18,676 bases of DNA, taken from NCBI RefSeq assembly GCF_006345805.1, contig NW_021824412.1, positions 1 through 18,676 on the forward strand, in the 5' to 3' direction. A program made the position numbers and the translations under genes. The stretch is from Octopus sinensis (Eukaryota). Below are positions 10,124 through 18,676 of this stretch, in pieces. Numbering within the stretch: position 1 is the stretch's first letter; every line of letters begins with the position of its first letter. The notes under the pieces are model-generated. The model searched no databases and had not been told where the DNA came from. It saw nothing but the letters and a program-made list of their open reading frames with translations.

Positions 10124-10157
<34 letters not shown>

Positions 10158-10440
10158 TAATGATGATGACGATGATGATGATAATAATAATAATAATAAT
10201 AATGATGATGACGATGATGATGATGATAATAATAATATAATAATAATAATAATATAATAATAATCATCGTCTTCTTTCTTCATTGTTATTCTACAACTTT
10301 CATCGTCTTTTTCTTTTTCTTCCTCTTCTTCATCATTATCATCATCATCATCATCACCACCATCACCATGGTAATCATGATCCTTATCATAATCATTACC
10401 ATCATCACCACCACCACCACCACCACCACCACCACCATTG
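9985..10440. repeat. Compound (AAT)/(GAT)/(CAT)/(CAC) trinucleotide array
   Basis: Directly visible. It includes a duplicated ~42 bp higher-order unit at about 10141-10230. Confidence 0.96.
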
Positions 10441-10759
10441 ATGGTAGTATAGAACACTATTAAAACAGCACACATACACTATCGACATCCACAACAGCGA
10501 AATAGATCAACACGTAATTGAATTACGAAAGATTTCGAGCAAACAACGTCGTTGGCACAACCATCTACGTGACACCGACACCAACCACAATAACACAACC
10601 ACCACTACCACCACCACCATCCCTGACACAGGCACCAGTCTCATCCCTCAACAACCACCCCCAGCACCATGGCTACAACTACCAACAAGCTGTCTCCGCC
10701 AACCATCCCATCGCAGCCAAAGCTTTCACCATCATTGCTATGAGTTAATTAAAGGCTGT

Positions 10760-10960
10760 TTATTCTGTTAGAAATAGCAGTCAATTCTTTCTCAAATCAC
10801 ATCCTAACGGCTTTAAAACAAGGGACACATTGTATAATGAATGTGACCCTAGATACATTGTATTTGAAGCAAAAAAATACAAAGGAGACCAGATGGCCAC
10901 GGTTGGACAATCTTATGATCGTAGGTCTGAATAATAACTTAACCTGGAGCTAAGCAAGAA
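10760..10960 (+). mobile_element. SINE-like dispersed repeat, 3' part
   Basis: AGAAATAGCAGTCAATTCTTTCTCAAATCAC matches the reverse complement of ~15830-15860. The downstream part matches 14625-14690 and the reverse complement of 1050-1120. Confidence 0.65.
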
Positions 10961-11054
10961 CTACATCATCAGTATCACCGTCATTTACAACGAAGGACTG
11001 GCCTTCGCGCTACTAGCCCCTGGCAAGCCAAATTTCGGTACCATTTTAAGTAAA

Positions 11055-11077
11055 TATATATATGTATATATATATAT

Positions 11078-11112
<35 letters not shown>

Positions 11113-11120
11113 ATATATAT

Positions 11121-11173
<53 letters not shown>
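11055..11173. repeat. (TA)n microsatellite
   Basis: Directly visible. Confidence 0.97.
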
Positions 11174-11174
<1 letters not shown>

Positions 11175-11462
11175 GTCGTTACTGTCCTGTTTTTGTACCA
11201 TTTTTTACCCCTCTGCGAAAAAATCTCAAATTTTAATTGATTTGCTTTTCGCAGGAAGGAAAGTTTCTTGTCGAAGATACGTCTCGCTTTCACATTCGAA
11301 ACGTAGAGTAGATGAAAACCATAGCGACTGAAGAAGGGTTTTTTCATTGTGTTAATTGTCCTGTACTCTATTTTTTTGTTGTTTAAAAAAATGTCCAGTT
11401 CCTTGGATTTGTGTCTAGTTTCGTTTCTCATTGTGTTCAACGTCTTTTTGGTGTCCTGTACT
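11175..11462 (+). mobile_element. Probable short dispersed element between TA microsatellites, possibly a Penelope-like terminal-repeat relic
   Basis: A T-rich ~290 bp block embedded between TA arrays, with TTGTCGAAG...CGAAACGTA in a hammerhead-like order. No ORF homology was recognised. Confidence 0.35.
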
Positions 11463-11464
11463 CA

Positions 11465-11567
11465 TATATGCGTGTATATGTACATGTAGAGGTAGGTATG
11501 TACATATATGTTTATATATATGCATATGTTTTATTTATTAATATATATATATATGTATATATATATA

Positions 11568-11660
<93 letters not shown>

Positions 11661-11680
11661 TATATATAATATATATATTA
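11465..11680. repeat. (TA)n-rich microsatellite
   Basis: Directly visible. Confidence 0.95.
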
Positions 11681-11880
11681 CGGAATGTACTCGCATAGCA
11701 AGTAATTTGATCTGAGATCGTGTGCTGAAACGAAAACAATTGCAGCGTGGAAGGTGTTTATAAGCCATTTAAGAAACACACAAAAGCCGTTCGATTTACT
11801 CCAACATTTAATTTAATTTGTCAAATATTTTCGTCGCTAAAATCCGCGACCTGTTCACTGACAAGTCCGTGCTGCATCTC

Positions 11881-11898
11881 ATGTATATATATATATAG

Positions 11899-11944
<46 letters not shown>

Positions 11945-11968
11945 ATATTATCTATATATATATATATA

Positions 11969-12009
<41 letters not shown>

Positions 12010-12097
12010 TATAATATATTATAATATATGTATATAAATATATGCATATATATATATATATATTATATATATATATATATAACATATACATTTATAT

Positions 12098-12131
<34 letters not shown>

Positions 12132-12154
12132 ATATATATTATATATAATATATC

Positions 12155-12185
<31 letters not shown>

Positions 12186-12215
12186 CAATATACACACACA
12201 CACATATAATTTAAT
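11881..12215. repeat. Long interrupted (TA)n microsatellite
   Basis: Directly visible. Confidence 0.96.
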
Positions 12216-12629
12216 GCACATAGTATAAGGATAAGTGGTACTACTAGTTTCTTGCTGTGAAGACATGTATCTAGGCGAGTTTTTATAACATGTCATGTTT
12301 CTTCAAGCAATCTTCAAACTCTGAGCACATGGTCTCTTACAGAAACAGTAAAGTATATGTATATATTTATATATATGAAACACTGTTGCAGGGCACATAA
12401 CAGATATCACTGCAAGAAATACTGGTTCGACATTCCCATTAAAAAACTTTGTAAAGTGCAAACAACAAGTGGAATATCGTTGATTGGGACAGACAGGAAA
12501 TAGTATGGACAGTTATCTTGTTGGTGTGAACATCTCTTCGAAAATCAAAGGGAGAGAGGATACCTACGAGTTGTATGAAACATTCAACTTCTAAAACTCA
12601 GATTATATTTTCACATTTACATCAATAAG

Positions 12630-12971
12630 AATTGTCGCCCTTAATTTTGTGAGTGCCAAGTGCTTGGGTGCTAGGGTTTTCGGAAAAAAGAAAACCAACC
12701 AGCTAATATACACGTTATTAATACAATCTGTAAGCGGAACATTAAAAGTGTGCAAAACTTTGCTAATGTTCAAAATGTGTTTTTGCTGTTTACACTCTAA
12801 CGATAGGGCTTTGCATATTTGTTTTATTATTCATTTTCTTCATCAAGTACAAGTACGTGTGCATTCACAATTATTTTATTTACTTTATTCAAATTTAGAA
12901 AAACTGATGCAGGTCTTTGGCAATTCCGGTACGTATTGGACTTATTTTCGCGTGACTTTTGGATCACCCTG
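12630..12971 (+). mobile_element. Decayed 3' end of a Tc1/mariner element (one TIR and a relic transposase C-terminus)
   Basis: The right end GTGACTTTTGGATCACCCTG followed by TA (12972-12973) reads CAGGGTGATCCAAAAGTC in reverse complement, a typical mariner-type terminus. Upstream reads LSPL, LGARVFGKKKTNQL and CLHSNDRALH, weakly like SPDLSPLDF.LWG.LK..VY..KP...CI..NG.HFE. No left TIR was found, and the left boundary is approximate. Confidence 0.55.
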
Positions 12972-13202
12972 TATTATGGTGACTTTTTTTCAGATTTCAT
13001 TTCATTTACCTATAATCATGTTCAATGCTTTGGTTTTATACCTTATCACAAAATTTAATACCTGTACAGTAAAAAAATAAAATGGAAAGGCGACATTGTG
13101 CTGTAACCTTTTAATAAAAACATGACATCATAAGTAGAAACTAATATCATACCTTTCCGATGGTATTACGTATAAAAAATTATTAAAACTTTATATAAAA
13201 TT

Positions 13203-13676
13203 AGCACAGATAGTGTGTCAATAGCCAGCTGGAGGAGATGTCTTCCTGTGACTACAAGCTACAGTAGTATCAACCCTAAAGGGTTAGCCACATTTAGGTG
13301 GCAAATATACTTCACGATGTTGTGCAGCTACTGTTTATACCTAGCTCAGTGATTTATTATTGCTTGTTTCCACTTTTTCGAGATCAGTGACTTTTCGTCA
13401 CTGGAAAAAGTATATATATATTTGCATTGAGAATCATTTCCCATCACCAACCAGTGGTTGTCACACGCTGATGACGGGTAAATACCCACAAGCTCGGGTC
13501 CGTTTGTATCACGTCAGGCAGGAGATGGGAATGATGACTTCCCTTTGCAAATACTGATAGAGCACAGGCAGTGTGTCAATAGCCAGCTGGAGGAGATGTC
13601 TTCCTGGGGCTACAAGCTACAGTAGCATCAACTCTTAAGGGTTAGCCACATTTAGGTGGCAAATATACTTTACGAT
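13203..13676 (+). mobile_element. 358 bp structured monomer plus a 116 bp direct terminal redundancy (1.3-mer); retrozyme-like or Penelope-like candidate
   Basis: 13203-13318 versus 13561-13676 is 108/116 identical with no indels. The unique part holds a hammerhead-like motif and several stems. The direct repeat is certain; the element class is inference. Confidence 0.6.
13462..13506 (+). ncRNA. Degenerate type I hammerhead-ribozyme-like motif
   Basis: Stem I CACACG/CGTTTG (5 of 6 pairs), CTGATGA (13468-13474), stem II GGGT-AAAT-ACCC, ACAAG in place of GAAA, C-TCGG-G stem III and a GTC cleavage triplet (13498-13500). Confidence 0.45.
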
Positions 13677-13770
13677 ATATTCAAGACGTTATATTATGAA
13701 ATGTTATGTTTTAGACATGGATCCTATCCTCAAGCTGTCCTATTTCATTGATGCAACTATAAAAATATAC

Positions 13771-13826
13771 TCCGAAATCCGCAACACTGCAGGTCCCACG
13801 AATTTCGGATAAAGGATTTTCAGTTG
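13771..13826. mobile_element. Tigger/pogo-like DNA transposon end
   Basis: TCCGAAATCCGCAACACTGCAGGTCCCACGAATTTCGGATAAAGGATTTTCAGTTG followed by TA resembles the MER46/Tigger4-type terminus as I recall it. It carries an internal 8-bp inverted repeat TCCGAAAT/ATTTCGGA. Confidence 0.5.
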
Positions 13827-14007
13827 TATAAGAATGTTACATACAGAAATTTATTTATTTTCGATTTTCCTTTTACGTTTTGATGATCCCAAAGACATAA
13901 CGTGGCGTCCCCGAACACGTGACGCAGCAGTCGACTTGCCGGCATTTTCATTCAACAACAGTAAGCAGTACTAATACACTATCCAGATCTATCACTGCCG
14001 CCGCCGC

Positions 14008-14075
14008 TGCTACTACAACCACCACCACCACCACCACCACCACCACCACCATCAACATCAACAGCCACACCATCA
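14008..14075. repeat. (ACC)n microsatellite
   Basis: Directly visible. Confidence 0.93.
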
Positions 14076-14380
14076 TGAGCCAATGTGGCTTTTTTTATGC
14101 CAATTCAGTCCGGAAGTGAAGGGCAGTGTCCATCACCTATTACTTTTCCAGAGCCTTTGAGACTGGCAAAATTAACGAAACAAGTTATACTCAAACCGGA
14201 GACTTGTAATGATTCCTTGGAACTGAGAAAATTTTCTCCAAAGACACCCAAAGACCAGGTGGTGATATGAAATCGAGCGCCGGATTAAGTACCAACCAAG
14301 ATCTAAGAAAATCCGGAGTTAGAACAATTACTAAAAAGACATCTCGACCGATACTATAACAAATCTGCCATTTGCCGCTT

Positions 14381-14460
14381 TGTATTTATTTTCTCGATCC
14401 CGAAAGGATGAGAGGTAAATTTCATTTCGGTGGGGATTTGAACGTAAGGTATAAAGAGTC
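14381..14460 (-). mobile_element. SINE fragment, same family as 8419-8638
   Basis: TATTTTCTCGATCCCGAAAGGATGAGAGGTAAA versus TATTTTATCGACCCTGGAAGGATGAAAGGTAAA at about 8507-8539. Confidence 0.65.
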
Positions 14461-14494
14461 AAAACAAATACATGACAATTCGGCTAATTACTCG

Positions 14495-14690
14495 TCAAGA
14501 AGTCACTCGACCTGCTAAAAATAGTTGGCAAATCGCTTTCATATCTTTCTCTGACATATTGGAAATTGAAAGAACTCATTGGAAAATGTAAATATATATT
14601 TTCTCTCTAAAGGGATGGAATAGTCATGACTGGAACGCTTTTGCTCATAGGCCTGCTTCAAGGTTGGCCAGGAACTAGACAACAGCAACA
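14495..14690 (+). mobile_element. SINE-like dispersed repeat, 3' part
   Basis: TCGACCTGCTAAAAATAG...GTCATGACTGGAACGCTTTTGCTCATAGGCCTG...ACAACAGCAAC, collinear with 10760-10960. Confidence 0.6.
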
Positions 14691-14699
14691 TTATTATTG

Positions 14700-14890
14700 A
14701 TGATACCACCAACATCAATATGCCCACCATTACCAACATTGCCACCACCATCATCACCACTTTCGCCACCACCCATACCAATATCACCACCATTACCACT
14801 ACTACCATCACCATCACTACCACCAATGCCAACAATAACAACTGTTTCACTTCCGCTTCCCTCACCGCAAATAACAACAACAACATCATT
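14700..14890. repeat. (ACC/ATC/AAC) low-complexity tract
   Basis: Directly visible. Confidence 0.9.
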
Positions 14891-15229
14891 CAAACAGTGA
14901 CGGAGCTGTCGTCTGCTTTCCTTCAATTTCTCTAATGGCGTCGAACATATAGAATTTCTCTTCAATTAAACTTTCTGTGTGTGTGTTTTTGTTTGTTGTT
15001 TTTCTAACTCTAGTTTCAATTCCACTCAAGAAAGTCTCCGAAAAAATACATAAAACTTTATTTTTGTTGATGTGAGATATGAAGATTGTCAGTAGTAGAG
15101 GTGGGGTGAGTATCTGGGGTGGAGTTTTGGAGTGGTGGACGGTTGGACGGGTGGGTATACGTTGTGGTAGCTAATTACAAGTAATTGAGTGTCGTAAGAA
15201 GGAATGTATTTGACTACAGGCCTTGTGGT

Positions 15230-15660
15230 GGAGGCGGCAGCGGCGGTGGTGGTGGCGGTGGCGGTGGAGGTGGTGTTGTGGTTGTAGTAGTGATTTGATG
15301 GTGGTGGTGATGGTGGTGGTGGTGATGCGTTGATAGAGGTGATGGTAGTTGACATGCGATGAGGAGGCGGTCGGGATAGAGGTGATGGTGGGGGTCGATG
15401 CTGGTGGCACTAGTGGTAAGAGATTATGACGATGGTGATGTATGGAAAGTAGTAGCGGTGATGATGGTGGTGGTGGAAGTAGAAACAGTGGTAGCAACGG
15501 TTATGGTAGTGGTGGTGAAAGTTTTCATAGTGGATTTTGTTAGAAGTAATAATGGTGTCGGCGGCAGTGATGGTAGAGGTGCTGCTACTGTTGTGTGATG
15601 GTGGTTGTGATGGGCCAGGTGCTGTGGTGGGATGGTTGGTGCTATGGCTACTACTAGAGT
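15230..15660. repeat. (GGT/GAT/AGT) low-complexity tract
   Basis: Directly visible. Confidence 0.9.
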
Positions 15661-15782
15661 CATTAGATGTAAGTCTATAGTACAAATGATTGTGGAAATG
15701 TTTATTAGTGTTCGATCGAGTAGGCTTTTCTTTTAACAAATTCACTCTAACCTTGTCCATCACGTTGATTTCGAATTATCTA

Positions 15783-15875
15783 AGGTTAAATTATCTAATG
15801 AGTCCTTCCTTTTCCTATGAAGGTAGAGTGTGATTTCAGGAAGATTTGGCTGCTATTTCTATGAGGTCGAGATAG
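15783..15875 (-). mobile_element. SINE-like dispersed repeat fragment
   Basis: The reverse complement TCGACCTCATAGAAATAGCAGCCAAATCTTCCTGAAATCACAC matches 10770-10805 and 14507-14540. Confidence 0.65.
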
Positions 15876-16064
15876 TTAAGAGGTTTCTCGTTGGCCTTAG
15901 CTGCGTGCTAAGTGGTGAGTATATTGGGGTTCTTAATGGAATTGGTCGAAAAGAATTGTCATAGAATCTCTAACTAGGCGGCAACAGGGAACTAGAGAGC
16001 CACCCAACAACTATGACCACTTTGGCGAGGTGGGGAACAGCAGCCATGTAATCATGCATGTGTT

Positions 16065-16235
16065 TTCCCTGGATCTTTTGTTTTTCCTTCTTCGGATCTT
16101 TCATTACTTCTCTTTCTGACGAAGAGCTATGCTCGATACGTAACACGAAAACACTCTTTTTATTCACTTTTCCTGAACGTCAAGCAAATGCATTTCATAT
16201 GTACGTTCTTTTGTTGTTTCGTTATTTGATATTTT
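16065..16235 (+). mobile_element. Diverged relative of the 17277-17455 hammerhead-bearing element
   Basis: Shares GGATCTTTC, TTTCTGACGAAGAGCT..GCTCGA.ACGT and TTCCTGA.CGTC with the 17.3 kb copy, in the same order. Confidence 0.65.
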
Positions 16236-16269
16236 TAAAGCTTGATCTGACTACACACTCACACACACA

Positions 16270-16304
<35 letters not shown>

Positions 16305-16330
16305 CACACACATACACACACATACTTTAT

Positions 16331-16505
16331 TTTGACTGCGGCAATGCTGTAGCACAACTTTTAGTCGCAGAAATCGACGGCAGGGCTTATTCTTTGTAAG
16401 TCTAGTACTTATTCTATCTGTCACTTTTACCGAACCGCTACGTTATAGTGACGTGAACAACATCGGTGTCAAGCGATGGTGGTGGAACAAACAAGACACA
16501 CAAAC
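16331..16505 (-). mobile_element. 3' half of the 4441-4837 SINE family, inverted
   Basis: TTTGACTGCGGCAATGCTG...CTTATTCTTTGTAAG...TACTTATTCTATC...CCGAACCGCTA...TGTCAAGCGATG is the reverse complement of ~4635-4802. Confidence 0.85.
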
Positions 16506-16518
16506 ACACACACACACA

Positions 16519-16549
<31 letters not shown>

Positions 16550-16606
16550 CACGCATATATATATATTTAGCATATGTTTGCGTGTGTATATATATATATA
16601 TATATC

Positions 16607-16642
<36 letters not shown>

Positions 16643-16675
16643 AAAACACTGTGTGTCTGTGTGTGTATCTGTGTG
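16500..16675. repeat. (CA)n/(TA)n/(TG)n mosaic at the position of the SINE-internal microsatellite
   Basis: Directly visible. A further (CA)n lies at 16255-16320. Confidence 0.93.
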
Positions 16676-17276
16676 TTTAACTTCCCGGCACATCTCCTAG
16701 CCAACAAATCGTAGAACCACCACCAAAATGGGTCACTTAAAGTTTAGGCGAATGAAAATTGAACTGCGCTATTTCTGTTTCGAATTCATCTCGCAAGTGC
16801 AAAAATCGATAATGTGTTTTTTAGGCCTTATCCCATGCATTGAATAGTGAACTTTACTCAGTCAGCTGTTTGACGTGAACTGTCTTCACCATGCGTGCAA
16901 GCATGCGTAAATTGCATGAAAATAAAAAAAAAATCAAGATAAAAACGAATCGCCGTAAACATTGTAGAAATTTCGGGATGTAGCCTGGAGGGTTTTTTCG
17001 TATTAATCGTTTGGACTTTGTGAACACATACCAATTGTTTTCATAACATTTTTAACGCTTTGAATTAAATGTGACTATTTTGCGTTGAGTCTGCAGTTTG
17101 AATCACTTTAACCAAATTTTGGCAGGCCGGATTTTTGATCAACTGGATACATCGCCAGCGACTCCCTGAAACTCTGCCTTGAAATCCCCGTTGAGAAATA
17201 CTGATCTAAAAGAATAATTCAACAATGCAATTATTTGATCAACATATATATATATAAAAGTATATATATATATATA

Positions 17277-17454
17277 CCGTTGGCGATTTTTTTCCTCCAT
17301 CTTCCCTTCTCTGGATCTTTCCTTTTCCTATGTTTCTGACGAAGAGCTCCGCTCGAAACGTTAAACCCTCCTTCTTTCCTTCTTTCCTGAGCGTCCAATA
17401 ATACTATATTTGTTCCACGTCCTCGTGTTGTTGTGTTTTCATGTTTGGATTAAC

Positions 17455-17455
<1 letters not shown>
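17277..17455 (+). mobile_element. ~180 bp non-coding element embedded in (TA)n, carrying a minimal hammerhead motif (Penelope-like terminal-repeat type)
   Basis: TA arrays lie on both sides, the body is pyrimidine-rich, and there is a homolog at 16065-16235. Confidence 0.65.
17332..17366 (+). ncRNA. Minimal type I hammerhead ribozyme, core apparently intact
   Basis: Stem I GTTT/AAAC, CTGACGA (17336-17342), an extra A, stem II GAGC-TCC-GCTC, GAAA (17355-17358), palindromic ACGT as stem III, and a predicted cleavage after GTT (17362). Confidence 0.72.
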
Positions 17456-17456
<1 letters not shown>

Positions 17457-17493
<37 letters not shown>

Positions 17494-17675
17494 TCATACA
17501 CAAATACACACACATACACAAACACACACACATACACACACACACACATATATATACATATAATTGTATATACACACACATATACATAGTATGTTATGTA
17601 TATATAAAAGTATATACATGTACACATACATAAATACATATATATAATACACAACACATATATATATATATTATA

Positions 17676-17724
<49 letters not shown>

Positions 17725-17860
17725 ATATATATATACTTCTATATACACACACATATAATACTTATATATATTGTGTGTATGTGTGTGCGTGTGGTGGCGT
17801 GTGTGTGGTTCGTGTGTGTGTGTGTCTGCACGTGTGTATATATGTACGTATTTGTAAATT

Positions 17861-17895
<35 letters not shown>

Positions 17896-17905
17896 ATATA
17901 TATTA
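17457..17905. repeat. (TA)n/(CA)n/(TG)n microsatellite mosaic
   Basis: Directly visible. Confidence 0.94.
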
Positions 17906-18594
17906 TGTTATGTTTCTTGGTGCGCGTGTGACGCGAACTCTGACTATCCCACCAGTATATCTGCTCTGTGTGAAGAGTGAACGCGACCTTTGAACACATA
18001 ATTTGGTACCCACCCTGACTATATCGGGCAGAGCGACTATCAATCGTCTACCATTAAACTACCTGATCATTTTCAATGTTATCAAACAGTTTTCTGTTTA
18101 CATTGATGCATCAACAGGCTGGTGTAAGTGTGGCTGCCGTATCGTAGCTGAAACGATACACAGCCAACGTTGTGAAACCAGACGCAACCGTGGCTATCCT
18201 TGTTGCGTAACATTCCTCCCATAAGACAACCAAAAAATAATTAGAAAGGCTACGTCACAACGAGACATAATGAAACAACTTGTACTTGTCGATAGAAGTA
18301 TTTGATATAATACACTTTACACACACACACGCCACCACCCCCACATCTCATCATCATCCTCATCTGATCAAGAAACTGCATCTTGCATGTCAAAGGAACC
18401 TAGCAACTTTTTTTTGTTAAGTTCATTTTTATTAATTTTTTTTTCAAAGATTTATTTTTCAAAATATTGAATCTCTCGCAGCTGCCGTTGGGGATATGTT
18501 TCAAGTATTTTGAGACGAAAAAAATTACGTTGCATACATACATACAACATATACTTAACACACACACCATATATCTATACATATATTCTATAAT

Positions 18595-18619
18595 ACATGC
18601 ATCCATACTACATATATAT

Positions 18620-18671
<52 letters not shown>

Positions 18672-18676
18672 GTGTG
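18595..18676. repeat. (TA)n microsatellite at the window end
   Basis: Directly visible. Confidence 0.93.

Noticed and set aside
13203-13676. TRIM or mini-LTR retrotransposon reading of the direct repeats
   Set aside because: The repeats lack TG..CA ends, and there is no PBS, polypurine tract or TSD in either orientation.
14085-14330. 61 aa ORF as a host exon
   Set aside because: There is no recognisable domain or convincing splice context. It lies among repeats and may itself be a repeat fragment.
17185-17203. GTTGAGAAATACTG as a hAT terminus
   Set aside because: It resembles CAGTGTTTCTCAAC-type ends, but I found no partner TIR or TSD.
22-18606. Most ORFs in the six-frame track (poly-T/V/H/Y-I/C-V and similar)
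   Set aside because: They are translations of microsatellites that lack stops. There is no domain signature or exon structure. Only the LINE-derived and possibly mariner-derived frames carry recognisable motifs.
1-18676. CRISPR array, rRNA or prokaryotic operon
   Set aside because: There are no regularly spaced repeat-spacer units or rRNA-like sequence. The composition and repeats are those of an animal genome.

Overview
AT-rich, repeat-saturated eukaryotic non-coding DNA. I find no credible host exon. Nearly all ORFs in the track are translations of microsatellites. The SINE repertoire (tRNA-derived, CORE-like and Meta-like bodies) looks like octopus/coleoid cephalopod repeats; this is recognition from memory and was not database-checked. 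Supported content: a decayed RTE-like LINE 3' end (+, ~2335-2780) tail-to-tail with a 5'-truncated CR1-like LINE (-, 2905-3682); about ten SINE copies or fragments from four families; a ~976 bp hAT-type non-autonomous element (4972-5947); a 270 bp TA-flanked Tc1/mariner-type MITE (7184-7453) whose interior is duplicated without TIRs at 5986-6130; two single DNA-transposon ends; and many microsatellites. The most interesting signal is a set of type I hammerhead-ribozyme-like motifs, all on the + strand. One has an apparently intact minimal core (17332-17366) in a short element sitting in (TA)n. One is a core-mutated sibling (16112-16146). One is a weak candidate (~11263-11308). One is a degenerate motif at the apex of a long stem inside a highly structured 358 bp monomer with a 116 bp terminal redundancy (13203-13676). 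That last architecture is what a retrozyme-like or Penelope-dependent element copied from a circular RNA would look like.
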